From Takakia lepidozioides (taxonomy: Eukaryota > Plantae > Bryophyta), in NCBI GenBank assembly GCA_030704615.1, contig CM060731.1, positions 62,186,001-62,250,000 of the forward strand: 64,000 bases of DNA, given 5' to 3'. The translations under genes were made by a program, and so were the position numbers. The stretch's first letter is position 1. Every line of letters begins with the position of its first letter. Shown here in pieces: positions 10,491-20,689 of this stretch. The notes under the pieces were generated by a model, which saw nothing but the letters and a program-made list of their open reading frames with translations, did no database searches and was not told the DNA's origin.

Positions 10491-13019
10491 GTCGCGTGGT
10501 CCGGTAGCTCCTTAGATCAGTTCTCAGCGCCATTTCATTCCTTGATTTTTTCATTCTGTGCTACTTGCTTCTTAATCACTTCACGCTTTGGTGGGTTGGG
10601 TTTTATCTCATGTTTGACAAGCACACGAAATATGTGCTTATGGATGGAAATCATCTGAGCGGTATTCCAGACTATCTTAACATGTGGTCGGACCCTGCAA
10701 ACGATCCAACTATGTACACTGCAGGGATATTGAAGGACTGGAGTCCTTCTCACTTCAGAGACTGTGGCTGGTGCCTTGACTGCCCACCGGAGCACACGAC
10801 CTTTCAAGAACAACACATGAAATATTTGAACAATAATGCTGAGATGATGGCGCCTCTGACTGACGAGCAGTACCAGATAAACATAGCAACATTGGCTGCC
10901 AAGGAGCCTGATGCACAGGGAACGCCGTAGAAAGGCAAGAAGGCGGGGCGCAAACCAAAAGACAAGGCTCCTGATGTCATAGCCATCTCACCAGCAAAGC
11001 CAAAGGACAAAGACAAGTCCAAGGAGAAGGAAAAGGACAAGGACAAGGGGAAGGAGAAAGAAAAGGAAATTGAGAAGGAAAAGGAGAGTGGGCACGACAT
11101 CACTGCTGGAAGGTATACTCGCACAGTTCAGTACGTGTTCGATGCCAAGCCACACCCTTCCCGTTCTGATTCGGCAGGAGAGATTAAAATTGTCAATGAG
11201 GGTTGGCTGACGATGATGCAGAGTCGAAAGAGAGGATACACTGGGGTGCCTTCGCCTAACTGGGACAACTTAATCTCATTCCTCAATCTGGTGAGAATTC
11301 AAGTTTCTTTCATTTTTATCTGTAAATTTCATTGGCAGTATTTCAGTTTGGTTCTTTGAAAACATTCTTGTCATCGTTCTTAAAATAAACATGTCTGTTG
11401 CAGGTGAGCACTGGTCCCACCTTCATGTGCGGTGTGCAGAAAACATATGCGGCTGACATTGTCATTCTCGACATCCCGGATGGCCAGGTTGTGCCAGAAG
11501 TTCTTCCAAAGGGCAAGACGCCAAGCTGGAACAAATTCGAGGACAACTACTGGAGTTGGGTGTTTAGGTTCTGTAATAATTTCCTCTCTGATGCAGGGAC
11601 ACTTCTGCTTTTTCAGTCATGTGACAAAGATAGTCGTCGGGCATTGGCATCATACCTGAAGTCTTCCGGGTTTGAAGTTTTGCGCACATGGAATTGTCTG
11701 AACAGCCTCTACCTTGTGAAAGGGGGTTTCCCTGGTCAGCTGGTATGCCGTCTCCCTTCTGCTTGTGCTTTCATGATGAGTTTCAATGTTCTCTGCAGCT
11801 CCACTCTAGAAGAATTTGTAATGATCGACACCGATTATATCAGATTCGTGATAAAACAGATTGTTTTATGCCTGAGTTCTGAATAGCTGATGCACAAACT
11901 TCCAATATAGTTTTTGCTTACCACATTAACCTGCAGTCTTGGACAGACGAGGATGTTCAAGGCGATCTGCCTGCGGAGGATTCGCACCTCAAAGACACCA
12001 TCCTCCGTTCGCAGCTTTGAGATTTCTGACCAGGGTTGTTTCGTCAACCCCCCCTATGAGCCGCATATCGATGACATTTTGTACAACTTCATGCAGTCCA
12101 GTCAGACTCTCAAGAGACCAGATGACACTCCCTGGAGAGGTGCAAAGGAAAAATCCCCAACGTTCATGCAAATACTGCTGGTGTCATGCAGCCACCACTC
12201 TGCACGGGTGGTCGATCTTTCTGTGTCCACAGGTTTGTTCTTTCACTTCCGAATTGATTTTCTTTCATCAGTTCCATCTGCTTAATTCCCCCCCACCCTA
12301 ACTGTTCATGTCCTCTTCTCTGGTGCAGGAGCAACTTACCATGCATGCAAGGCAGGCGGAAGAAGTCTTTTTGGCATGGAGGGTGATTCTGACCTCTACA
12401 AGACAGTGCTTCTCCCCCTTTTGTCTGGCTCCACTTCAGGCACACAGACTGATAGGATTCAAATTCGAAATGATGACGATCCCGAAGATAAGCATGTCGA
12501 CAACGACTTTTCATGTGAGTAAGTGCTAAACCCACTTTGGGAGCCATACTCAATTTCTCAATAACATCAAAGTTACAGTAATAACTTTTTCAAGTTGTCT
12601 TTCAAGATAGGCAGCAGTGAATCTCCAGGAGATACAGTCATATTTGGCGAGTCTGTTTTCGACAGCCCCCTTTCCAAATTTCTGCTTCATGTGTATGCTG
12701 AAGCAATGGCACTTCACGTGGCCAAGTCCCTATCCCCTGACTTTTTATTGTCCGGCCGTAGGTGTAGCCAGCGTAGATCCGGAGTTCTAAAATACTTAGA
12801 CTTAGATGCAGAGGAAGCGGGGATACATTGTACTGACTTTGAGTCAGACTAAACTATGTTCTTTTAATATTCTGTTTCATCCTCTTTGGAAAACGTTGAA
12901 TCCCCTTCCTCCACCGTAGTTGTTCCTTTAGAAAAAGAAATAATCAAATAATCAACTTTCATTTAAATCGCAATATGTATGAATCCATCTCACAAACCTC
13001 CCTCACTCTTGTCATATCG

Positions 13020-13340
13020 ATTGTGCATTCATCTACAGTGTATTCATGCGTGCTCCATTCATGAATGTTTTCCTTTGTTCAACATCCCTTATACATTCAT
13101 CCACTATACTCTGTAATCCACCCCACAAAACCTACCACACTCATGTCACATACGTTGTGCATTCGTCTAAAGTTTTAGTCATGCATCCTCCTGTCATGAA
13201 TGTTTTCCATTGCTCAACATCCATTATACATTCATCCATTTGACTCTTATCCATCCCTCATTCATCCATCTACATTCATTTTTCACACTCATCCATCTGT
13301 TTATCATCCACTGTATATTCATCCATCATTTATTCATCTG
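13020..13340. repeat. Low-complexity ATTCATCC-rich repeats
   Basis: Repeated TTCATCCAT and GTGCATTC units, including a ~120-bp duplication. Confidence 0.7.
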
Positions 13341-13564
13341 TTGCTTTCAGGTGGGAATGACCATTGCCTTTTAATATGTCGTCCAGCTTGTTTCCGCGGT
13401 AAAGGGTGCCAATCCGCGGGAATACACTCCACTTCTTCCTTGGCGCGTGCTGACGCGGCCTTCAAGTGTGATGACGTGGAGTGACCCCCGTGATGTGGCA
13501 TTGGCGCAAGGTGACGTGGCGTGAGCGCAGTTGCGCTCACGTGACCAGGCTCACGCCGAGGCAT

Positions 13565-14661
13565 CCCTGGGCTGGGACCCGCGGTTTGGCACATCTCAAC
13601 GTTACAAAACAAAACAAAACAAAACAAACATCTCGCTTCATATATTGATTCGTTCTGGGGTAGCTTGTGGCGTTGGCCCAAGCGTCGAGTATCATCTAAG
13701 TCCAAGTGCAATCTCCTATGTATCCAGAGACCCTGCAGTTTGGGAGATCTAGGGTAGCATATGCCATTGGCCCATGTGTGAAGAATTGAAATCTAAGCTC
13801 AAGTGTTATCTCCTATGTATCCAAGTGCTTCTCCCATGTGGAGGCCCAAGTGCAACCTCCAATGTCCAATGTCATCTAAGTCCAAGTGCAATTCCAAAGT
13901 CCACTTTGTTATTTTGGCAATCTCCCTTGTCAAGTCTTCATATATTGAAATATCCACTTTGCTAATTTTCGCGAATTTCCAGTGACCAAAAGTACTTGAA
14001 AATCCATATCTCCCACTTGAAGGGCCAATTATTGCTCTAGGAAAGTCCAGGAAAGCCCATTTTGCTATTTTTTGCGAATATCTCATAATGCCCACTTTGT
14101 TATTTTTCGTGAGTTTCCAGCGACCCAAAGTACCCCGTAGGTCCAAAAATCATGAGACCAAGCCTCTGCACCCCTCCTCGTTAAGTCCAAGTGCATCAAT
14201 ATATGAAGCAAACCATATTTAATCTTTTTTTTTCCACAGAGCCTACGACCAGATTTGAACTGGAAACCTTTCCCTTGATATTTCTCCTGTTGAGGCTCCA
14301 ATCATTGTCCAGTGACCAAAAGTACTTGAAATTCATTTTAGCCATATATCATCATTTTTTTTCACATAGCCTACGAACAAATTTGAACCGGAGACCTTTC
14401 CCTTGATATCTATCTTGTCGAGGCTCCAACCATTGTCCTAGGAATGCCCACTTTGCTTATTTCCGCGAATTTCCAACGACCAAAAATACGTGAAATTGCA
14501 CATCTCCCACGTGACCGTAGGTCCAAAAAATGTGAGACCAAGCCCGTGCACCCCTCTTCGTCGGGTTTTCCAACATACCAAGCACCAAGGCTGGCCCGCG
14601 GTTTGGGACATCTCAACATGACAAAACAAACAAAACAAACCAAACATCTCGCTTCATATAT
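13565..14661. repeat. Composite repeat block bounded by ~80-bp direct repeats, with internal sub-repeats
   Basis: CCGCGGTTTGG.ACATCTCAAC..(CAAAA)n..CATCTCGCTTCATATAT at ~13570-13645 and ~14590-14661. Internal repeats AAGTCCAAGTGCA and CCACTTTG.TA.TTT.CG.GA.TTTCCA..GACC.AAA.TAC. Confidence 0.7.
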
Positions 14662-15208
14662 CAGCTCCAGTGTCTCAGTTACTGGATCCCTTGAACAGTA
14701 GGATTTGTAAGTTGGCTGAACTACTTTTTCCTTTCCTCGTCCATCACATTCATTGATATGTACAGGTTGGTGAAATCAGACACAGACTCGCGAAGTTTGC
14801 GAGGAAAAGAGTGGTTGTGGCGGTGATATAATTGCGCGTGTAGCAGTGGGTGGGACCAAAGTCCCATCATTTGGATTGCTTACGAGATACTCCCAGGAGT
14901 CTTCCCTTTCTTCTTTGAGTAGTAGGCTCGGTGAATTCGTTGGACATTAAAACGAACTTTAACTTTCTCAGACTAAGTGGTGTGCTCTGTCGATCTGTCT
15001 ATTTTCAGCTGGTGTTCATGTTCACTTCGGTAGTCTCTTGGCGTCCTGCTAGATTCCTTTCCCTGTCTGTCTCTTCTCTCTTTCACTGTGTATGACCAAC
15101 ATACTACGTCCTAACCATTTTTTGTGGTGTGTCTCCTTGTGTCCCTCTCACTTCACTTCTTGTAGCTGGTTTCTTAGTACCTCTATTGTTTGTGCGTCCG
15201 TCCCTTCC

Positions 15209-16353
15209 ATATCTGTGATATCCGTCTTTCTCTTAAGTAGATTATCTGTCCTCCCACTAATTGGTCAACAAAAGAGGCTCCTTAGGATTTCACCTGTACA
15301 GCTTTATTTACAGGAAACATGAGGTATTTGACCATAGGATAGAAAAACCCCAAAACCTGGGTAAGAACAAAGAAGGGAGGAAAGGGACGCAAGCTAAACT
15401 AAACTATTCAAACTTCTCTGTCAAGGGTATTGTGCCTGTACCTCTGTTTACCAACTTCGAAAGTCTCGAGGCTGAGCCAAAAGCCCAGGCCCTTCTGAGG
15501 CCTAGTTTTTGGGCAAATCACACAACAGCAGATTGATGCCTGTGTGAAGGGATTTCTAGAGGATATCTGGAAAACCCGGATCAATGCTATGTATCAAGGT
15601 AAATACCAACGTCAGCCCCTGATAGAGGTAGGTTCTATCCCTTTGGTTTCCGCTCAAACTGGGTGCGGGGTCAATGGCCACAAGGCTACGGCAAACAACA
15701 TCTTATGAGTACATTCTCAATTGGTCTTGTTTGAAGTCCTGCCCCTTCTGGTCCAGTGTGTTGGAGGGGGAGAGACACACAGACCGTGATAGAAATGTCC
15801 ACAGGAAGCCCTAAGAGCTTATGGGAATGGTGCTTTATAACGTCCGCGGAAAGTTCATAGAGCTTATGGGACAAAATGGAAGAAAACATGAGAGAGGAAC
15901 AAATCCAGAAACCACAATTAATGTTCTAGCGATTGTCTAAGGGTAAAGGCCTCGTGCAGGTAGGCTGCCAAGCATTTTTTATCCTCATAGTGGAAGACAT
16001 CAGTGAGAGTTTGGGTTCCACTGAATAAACAGTGGAATCTCCCACGGATCTCGTAGTATAGAGGGCAGTAGAAGAAGAAGTGTTCTTCAGTTTCAATTTC
16101 CTTGCTGCACCCTATGCAAGCTGGACATAGGCGGTCCTCCCGTTGCAGGTTTTCGCATCTGCCGGTCTCTATCCGTAGGTTGTGGGAACCCACCTTGAAC
16201 CGCCCCAATGCCCTCAGGAGGGAAGGAGATAAGGATGCTGAAAGGTAATTTGGTCTCAAGATTCTATCATCGCAGAGCACCAAGAATGTCTCTCGAGAGA
16301 CATTGGGAGAGACATGGGAGAGACATGTTCTGTAAGGAATTATTTGCCTTCGA
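15209..16353 (+). repeat. Local segmental duplicate: 15209-15423 copies ~1-213 and 15421-16353 copies ~2746-3664
   Basis: Near-identical sequence and ORFs (15261 vs 52; 15686 vs 2997; 15918 vs 3229). The two parts join at a TCA microhomology. Confidence 0.9.
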
Positions 16354-16494
16354 AATTTGGTGGTGATCAAGAGCTTGGGATATGAGCCTTAAATTGACAA
16401 GGAGATTTTGAAATGGCTGAAAAGTGAACAGCTGTAAAACCAGATGAATATAACTTTCGTCCTGCTTGGCGAGTATACTCTACACAACATGCCA

Positions 16495-16850
16495 AATGAA
16501 CAGAGAAATGAAATGAAATGGTACTTTAGAGAAATGGAATGAAATGAAATGGTGCTTTATAATGTCCGCGGAAAGCTCGTAGAGCTTATGGGACAAAATG
16601 GAAGAAAGGAGAGATGAAAATGAAATGGTGCTTTATAACGTCCAATGGAGAGAAAGGAAGAAAGAAAGAGCACTTCATAACGTCCACAAAGACCCCGAGG
16701 GCCTAATGGACAAGGTTGAACAAGAAGAAACCACTGTAGAAATACTTAAGGAGAGAATGAAATGAAATGGTAATCTATAGCGTCCGCGGAAAGCTCAAAG
16801 GGCTTATTGGACAAAAGGGAAAAACAAGAAAGAAGAGAAAGCTGCAGAGA
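16495..16850 (-). mobile_element. Cluster of 3'-tail-only remnants of non-LTR family A
   Basis: About four (GAAAT)n-GGTGCTTTATAA-like units in tandem, two extending to CCGCGGAAAGCTC. Confidence 0.7.
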
Positions 16851-19800
16851 GAAAGAGAAGAAGATATTTGTGATGTCTGTGTGGGAGGGAGACAGATGGA
16901 CAGATGTAGATTTTCAAATGTGGGTTTCCCTCAGGATGATAATTTTTGTCTCTCTGGTTCTTCCTTCAGTTATAGCATCTTGACCAAAACCCACAACTGC
17001 AGGAGCAAATGGGAGATTCTCTGCTGGAGCAGACATTGGATTTTTGCAAAACCAAAAACCTGGTAATTGCACAATGTGCTCTTTCTCCTTTGTATTGTGT
17101 GTCAATGAAATTCTGTGTCTGTGTGGACTCACGGCTAACCAAGTTTGGCAGGAATTAAATGCCACATTTCTTGATTGAAATTCAGTGCTGTTGGATCCTG
17201 CAGAAACAACTGCTCCTTGCTATAAACTCTTCGTTGTTGCTCATCGACATTGTCTGGCCATGTGTTAGTGGTTCAGAGTTTGTGTTGGTTTTTCATCCAA
17301 TTTGTACATGCATTTTCAATGGTAGAGAACCAAGCGAGCAGACATCAGCATTACATACCTGGATCATATCTGTTCAATAAGGTCATTGAAGGTACCCCAT
17401 AATTTGCCCAAAGGGAATTACTGCATAGTTTTCTTTTTGGAAGGTTTCAGCACTCATTGGCAAGGAAATCAGCTGTGGTCAGGTTGGGTATCTAGTAAAC
17501 CGCTCCGTATTGACAGTTCAGCATCTATGCAACAGGGGGCCCAAAGCCAGCTGTGGCAGTAATTGAAACATTTGCACTTGGTGGTGGTTTGGAGCTAGCC
17601 ATGGTAAACAGACACTTGTCTTTCATGTCAGTCAAGATTATGTTGGTTTGATGTTGAAATTCCTGTAAAAACAAGCTGTCTTTCACAGTCTACTAAGCCT
17701 TGCCATGTGCATCCTCCTTTTGCCCTGGTTAGTATGGGACTCTATACCAGCAGTCAACTTTAAATTAAAGGCCTCATGCAAATGGGATCCTTTATTTGTG
17801 TCATCCAGTTCAAGTGAACAGCACTGTCTGTTTAATCAGAGGATGAGCCAAGTTTTTGTTTTGTTGCTCAAGCATAGGTATTTACGTGGACACGCCTTCC
17901 TTGATTTGGCTGGTCGAAACTCCTCCAACTAGTCGTATATAGCCAACAGTTGATGCATGTCACCAAAAATTGCAATCATATCCCAAACATATTCTGTCTA
18001 ATCTTCGAGGTCTCATGCAGAATCTATGTTAGTGGGGCAATGAAAAACCATGATTTGCCAGCCTATCCTTCCACTTGGGGGCACCCTCCTTGTCCCTGCC
18101 ATCTTGCTCGGGCCACAGGTTTGGCACTGTCTCAATCCAGACCAAGAGCACAACATTGTCTGTTCCTCTCAACTTCAATCAAGGGAGGACTGAATGTCTT
18201 CTGTGTATGTCAATTCCTGCTAGTCTTCTTATTCTTATGAAACTGCCCTGCTATTTCGACCATTTTGTAGAAATCTGTCTTCTTTCTCTTCTCCCTTTTG
18301 TCTGGTGTGTCAAAAGTGGTACGAAGGTCCATAAAAGTAACTGAAGAAAGAAGATTATTGTTCTGTTTCTCTTACAGGCTTGCCATGCACGCATTGTTAC
18401 TCCTAAGGCACAATTAGGTCTTCCAGAGCTTCAGCTTGGCATTATTCCAGGCCTCGGTGGTGAGAACCTCTTCTCAGATCTTGCATGCTTGGTTTTTATG
18501 CTTTCATAGTGACATGTTAGAACCACATTGTAACTCTGTCCTAGGTGAGTGTATTGTAGCCCAGGACATATTGTTTGATCAGAGGTTAATCCCGGGATAT
18601 CATGATGGCAATCACAGGTGTCCCAGAGAGAAGATGGCATGCAATGCCTGAACTTTGTTCTGTATTTTTTGTTTATTAGGTCTCTCAAGTTTTGAAATGG
18701 TGGTTTGTAGGTTTGGTCTGCTGTTAACTTGGGGGTGTTGTGTTTGTGTAATGGAAGGCACACAACGGCTCCCTCGCCTTGTCGGGCTCCGTAGAGCTCT
18801 TGATATGATGCTGGTGTGCTTTTCCTTCCCTTATTCCACATTCCGTCTCATGAGATGGACCTGTATGTGGTTTGCCTCAGCATTAGATTGCACCCATGCT
18901 TTGTGCAATGTCTTTATCTACGTGATTTTATTCTCTGTCAATGAATTGTTTTATAATATTTCAAGAACTTAGATTGTTGGTTTGAGGCGTGATTGCAGCT
19001 TGCTTGGGTTGCCTTCTTGGGCTTCACTTGCGTTCCAAGGCTGTATTGGTCAAAGGAAGTCTGATGAGGCCAGCATTGATGGAATACTGGCATTTATGGC
19101 AATGCAGATGGTGAAGTTGTTGTCCTCTGAGGAGGCAAACAAGGTAGGGTTGATAGATGCTGCTGTCCCCCTTGAGGAGTTGGAATCTGCAGCATGTAAG
19201 TGGGCATTGGAGATAGCCTCAGGCAAGCGCCCTTGGCGACGGTCACTTGAGTTGACAGATCGCATTGGCTCCCAAGATGAGGCCCTCAACGTGGTTAAAC
19301 AAGCAAGAGCAGATGTGTAGAAAACTTATCGAAATGTGCCCCACCCCTTTCTGTGTTTGGATGCAGTAGAAGAAGGCATCATCAAAGGGGCACATGCTGG
19401 CACCCTGAAGGTTTGACTGAATCATCCAGATGTTTTTTTTACAGTGACTATGGAGGATGTGTCTGTCTAGTATTGGGAAGACAGCAAAGTATATACCATG
19501 AGGTTGGGTCTCGTCTACTTTTACTAGGGAGATAAATCATCTTTTCTTTCTCGTGAACAGGAATCCTAAAGGTTTGGCGGGGTGGGGGGTTGGGGGGGGG
19601 CTGTATTTTTCCTTGAAATTATGGTTTCAGTGGATTCATTCCTTTACAGCTCAGGAAGTGGTAGGATTCTTCAGCAAGCAAACCTGTTGATTGCAAACAA
19701 GTTGAACAACAATTTCGTCAAAGATTTTTTGGGTTGTGAAAATGGTTATCTGGAATTCAAAAGTTGATTTTTATGATTATTCGTGGTGGCAGTTCTAGTG

Positions 19801-20689
19801 TACACGGGAGATTTTACATCGGTTTTGCCATGTTTGTAGGAAGAGGATATATCAAAAGATCTGGTTCTTTCTCCCACATCAAAGGGATTAATGCACATCT
19901 TCTTTGCTCAGAGGTCTGCTTTTAAGGTCTGTTCCCAATTTAGGTTTAAGCCTTCTAGGCTGAGGGTCTTACACCCTCCAAAAGTAGCCTTATGAGTCTA
20001 ATTTTTCAGACTTAAGCAATGTATGACATGAAATTTATAACGTCCGGGGAAAGCTAATAGAGCGTATGGGACAAAATGGAAAAAAACATGAGAGAGCAAA
20101 CAAAACCAAAGCCAAGAATAAGAACTATTGTTCGAGTGATTGTGTATGGAAAGGCTTTCCAGGTAAGATGAAGTTTTGTTCTTCAATCAGATGTAGCACT
20201 TGTGGACATAGGAATTTGTTAAGAACTACAAAAAATATTAGCATTAGGACTTGTGAACAAAGTCAACACTTTTTCACTTTGTTAAGATCCGTCCTCTCTT
20301 CAGGGCCTGGGCCTCCTGATGACTAATTCCATCCTTACGCACTGGAATACTGAACTTCTCAAAACAAGATGGATTGCAGAGAAAAGAAAATATTTCTTTG
20401 CCGTTAGCGTGAAGTCCAGCTGCACTGTGGCTTTGGCTTAGAATTACAGAGCTTCACAACCATATTCTTGGATAGCAGATTCCCGGTGTGACGGACCAGG
20501 GGTTGAAGGCAAGCCCCATCAGAAAGGTGGCAGTAGTAGGAGGTGGATTCATGGGATCTGGAATTGCAACTGCTGTTATCCTCAGTGGGATGTCTGTATA
20601 TTTGAAGGAAATCAATCCAGAGGATGCACCGCATCAAAGGTAATGACCCACTTGCTTCCAAAAGTGTATTGAGTCAAGCAGCGAAGAGA

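Larger units (their letters stand above)
6827..12522 (+). pseudogene. ParB/Srx-like domain fused to a beta-class amino (N6-A/N4-C) DNA methyltransferase-like domain; 9 exons, ~1,120 aa reconstructed
   Basis: Exons 6827-7132, 8015-8644, 8740-8932, 9017-9447, 9532-9758, 10528-11290, 11404-11742, 11947-12232 and 12329-12522 have compatible phases. ParB: RLDIPLCRM...FYVWDGNHRLLAW (DGNHR 8496-8510). MTase in beta order: ADIVILDIPDG, FLSDAGTLLLF, GAKEKSPTFMQILL, RVVDLSVSTGATYHACKAGGRSLFGMEGD. Lesions: TGA 8054, frameshifts ~8295 and ~9295, mutated intron-2 splice sites, TAG 10928. Confidence 0.75.
3751..14660. mobile_element. Putative CACTA (En/Spm)-like non-autonomous element carrying a ParB-methyltransferase gene; right end not defined
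   Basis: CACTAGAAGGAAAATG at 3751, followed by TACTAC/GTAGTA subterminal repeats. Second CACTACAAC at 4215 with ATGACTAC/GTAGTCAT repeats. GCCACGT motifs at 4070-4640 are mirrored by GTGGC motifs at 13480-13520. No matching right TIR or transposase seen. Confidence 0.55.
1629..20639 (+). pseudogene. MFP: Peroxisomal multifunctional beta-oxidation protein (enoyl-CoA hydratase/3-hydroxyacyl-CoA dehydrogenase, AIM1/MFP2 family), disrupted and 3'-truncated
   Basis: GT-AG exons ~1629-1719 (MEVGDDGIALVTLNKPPVNSL), 2127-2198 (DVKAIVVKG), 17003-17062 (GRFSAGADI), 17326-17391, 17536-17603 (FALGGGLELAM), 18378-18459 (ACHARIVTPKAQLGLPELQLGIIPGLGG), 18758-18813 (TQRLPRLVG), 19108-19410, 19840-19926 and 20480-20639 (KVAVVGGGFMGSGIAT, Rossmann fold). 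In-frame TAG at 19318-19320. No further exons recognised after 20639. Confidence 0.9.

Noticed and set aside
10640-10660. Second ParB motif (LMDGNHL)
   Set aside because: It lacks the essential Arg and the surrounding ParB pattern; probably coincidental.
10804-11124. Ser/Phe-rich minus-strand ORF
   Set aside because: It is the antisense shadow of the Lys/Glu/Asp-rich linker in exon 6.
6827-12522. Bacterial or phage contamination explaining the ParB-MTase
   Set aside because: It has spliceosomal introns with compatible phases and is embedded in an intron of a plant gene.
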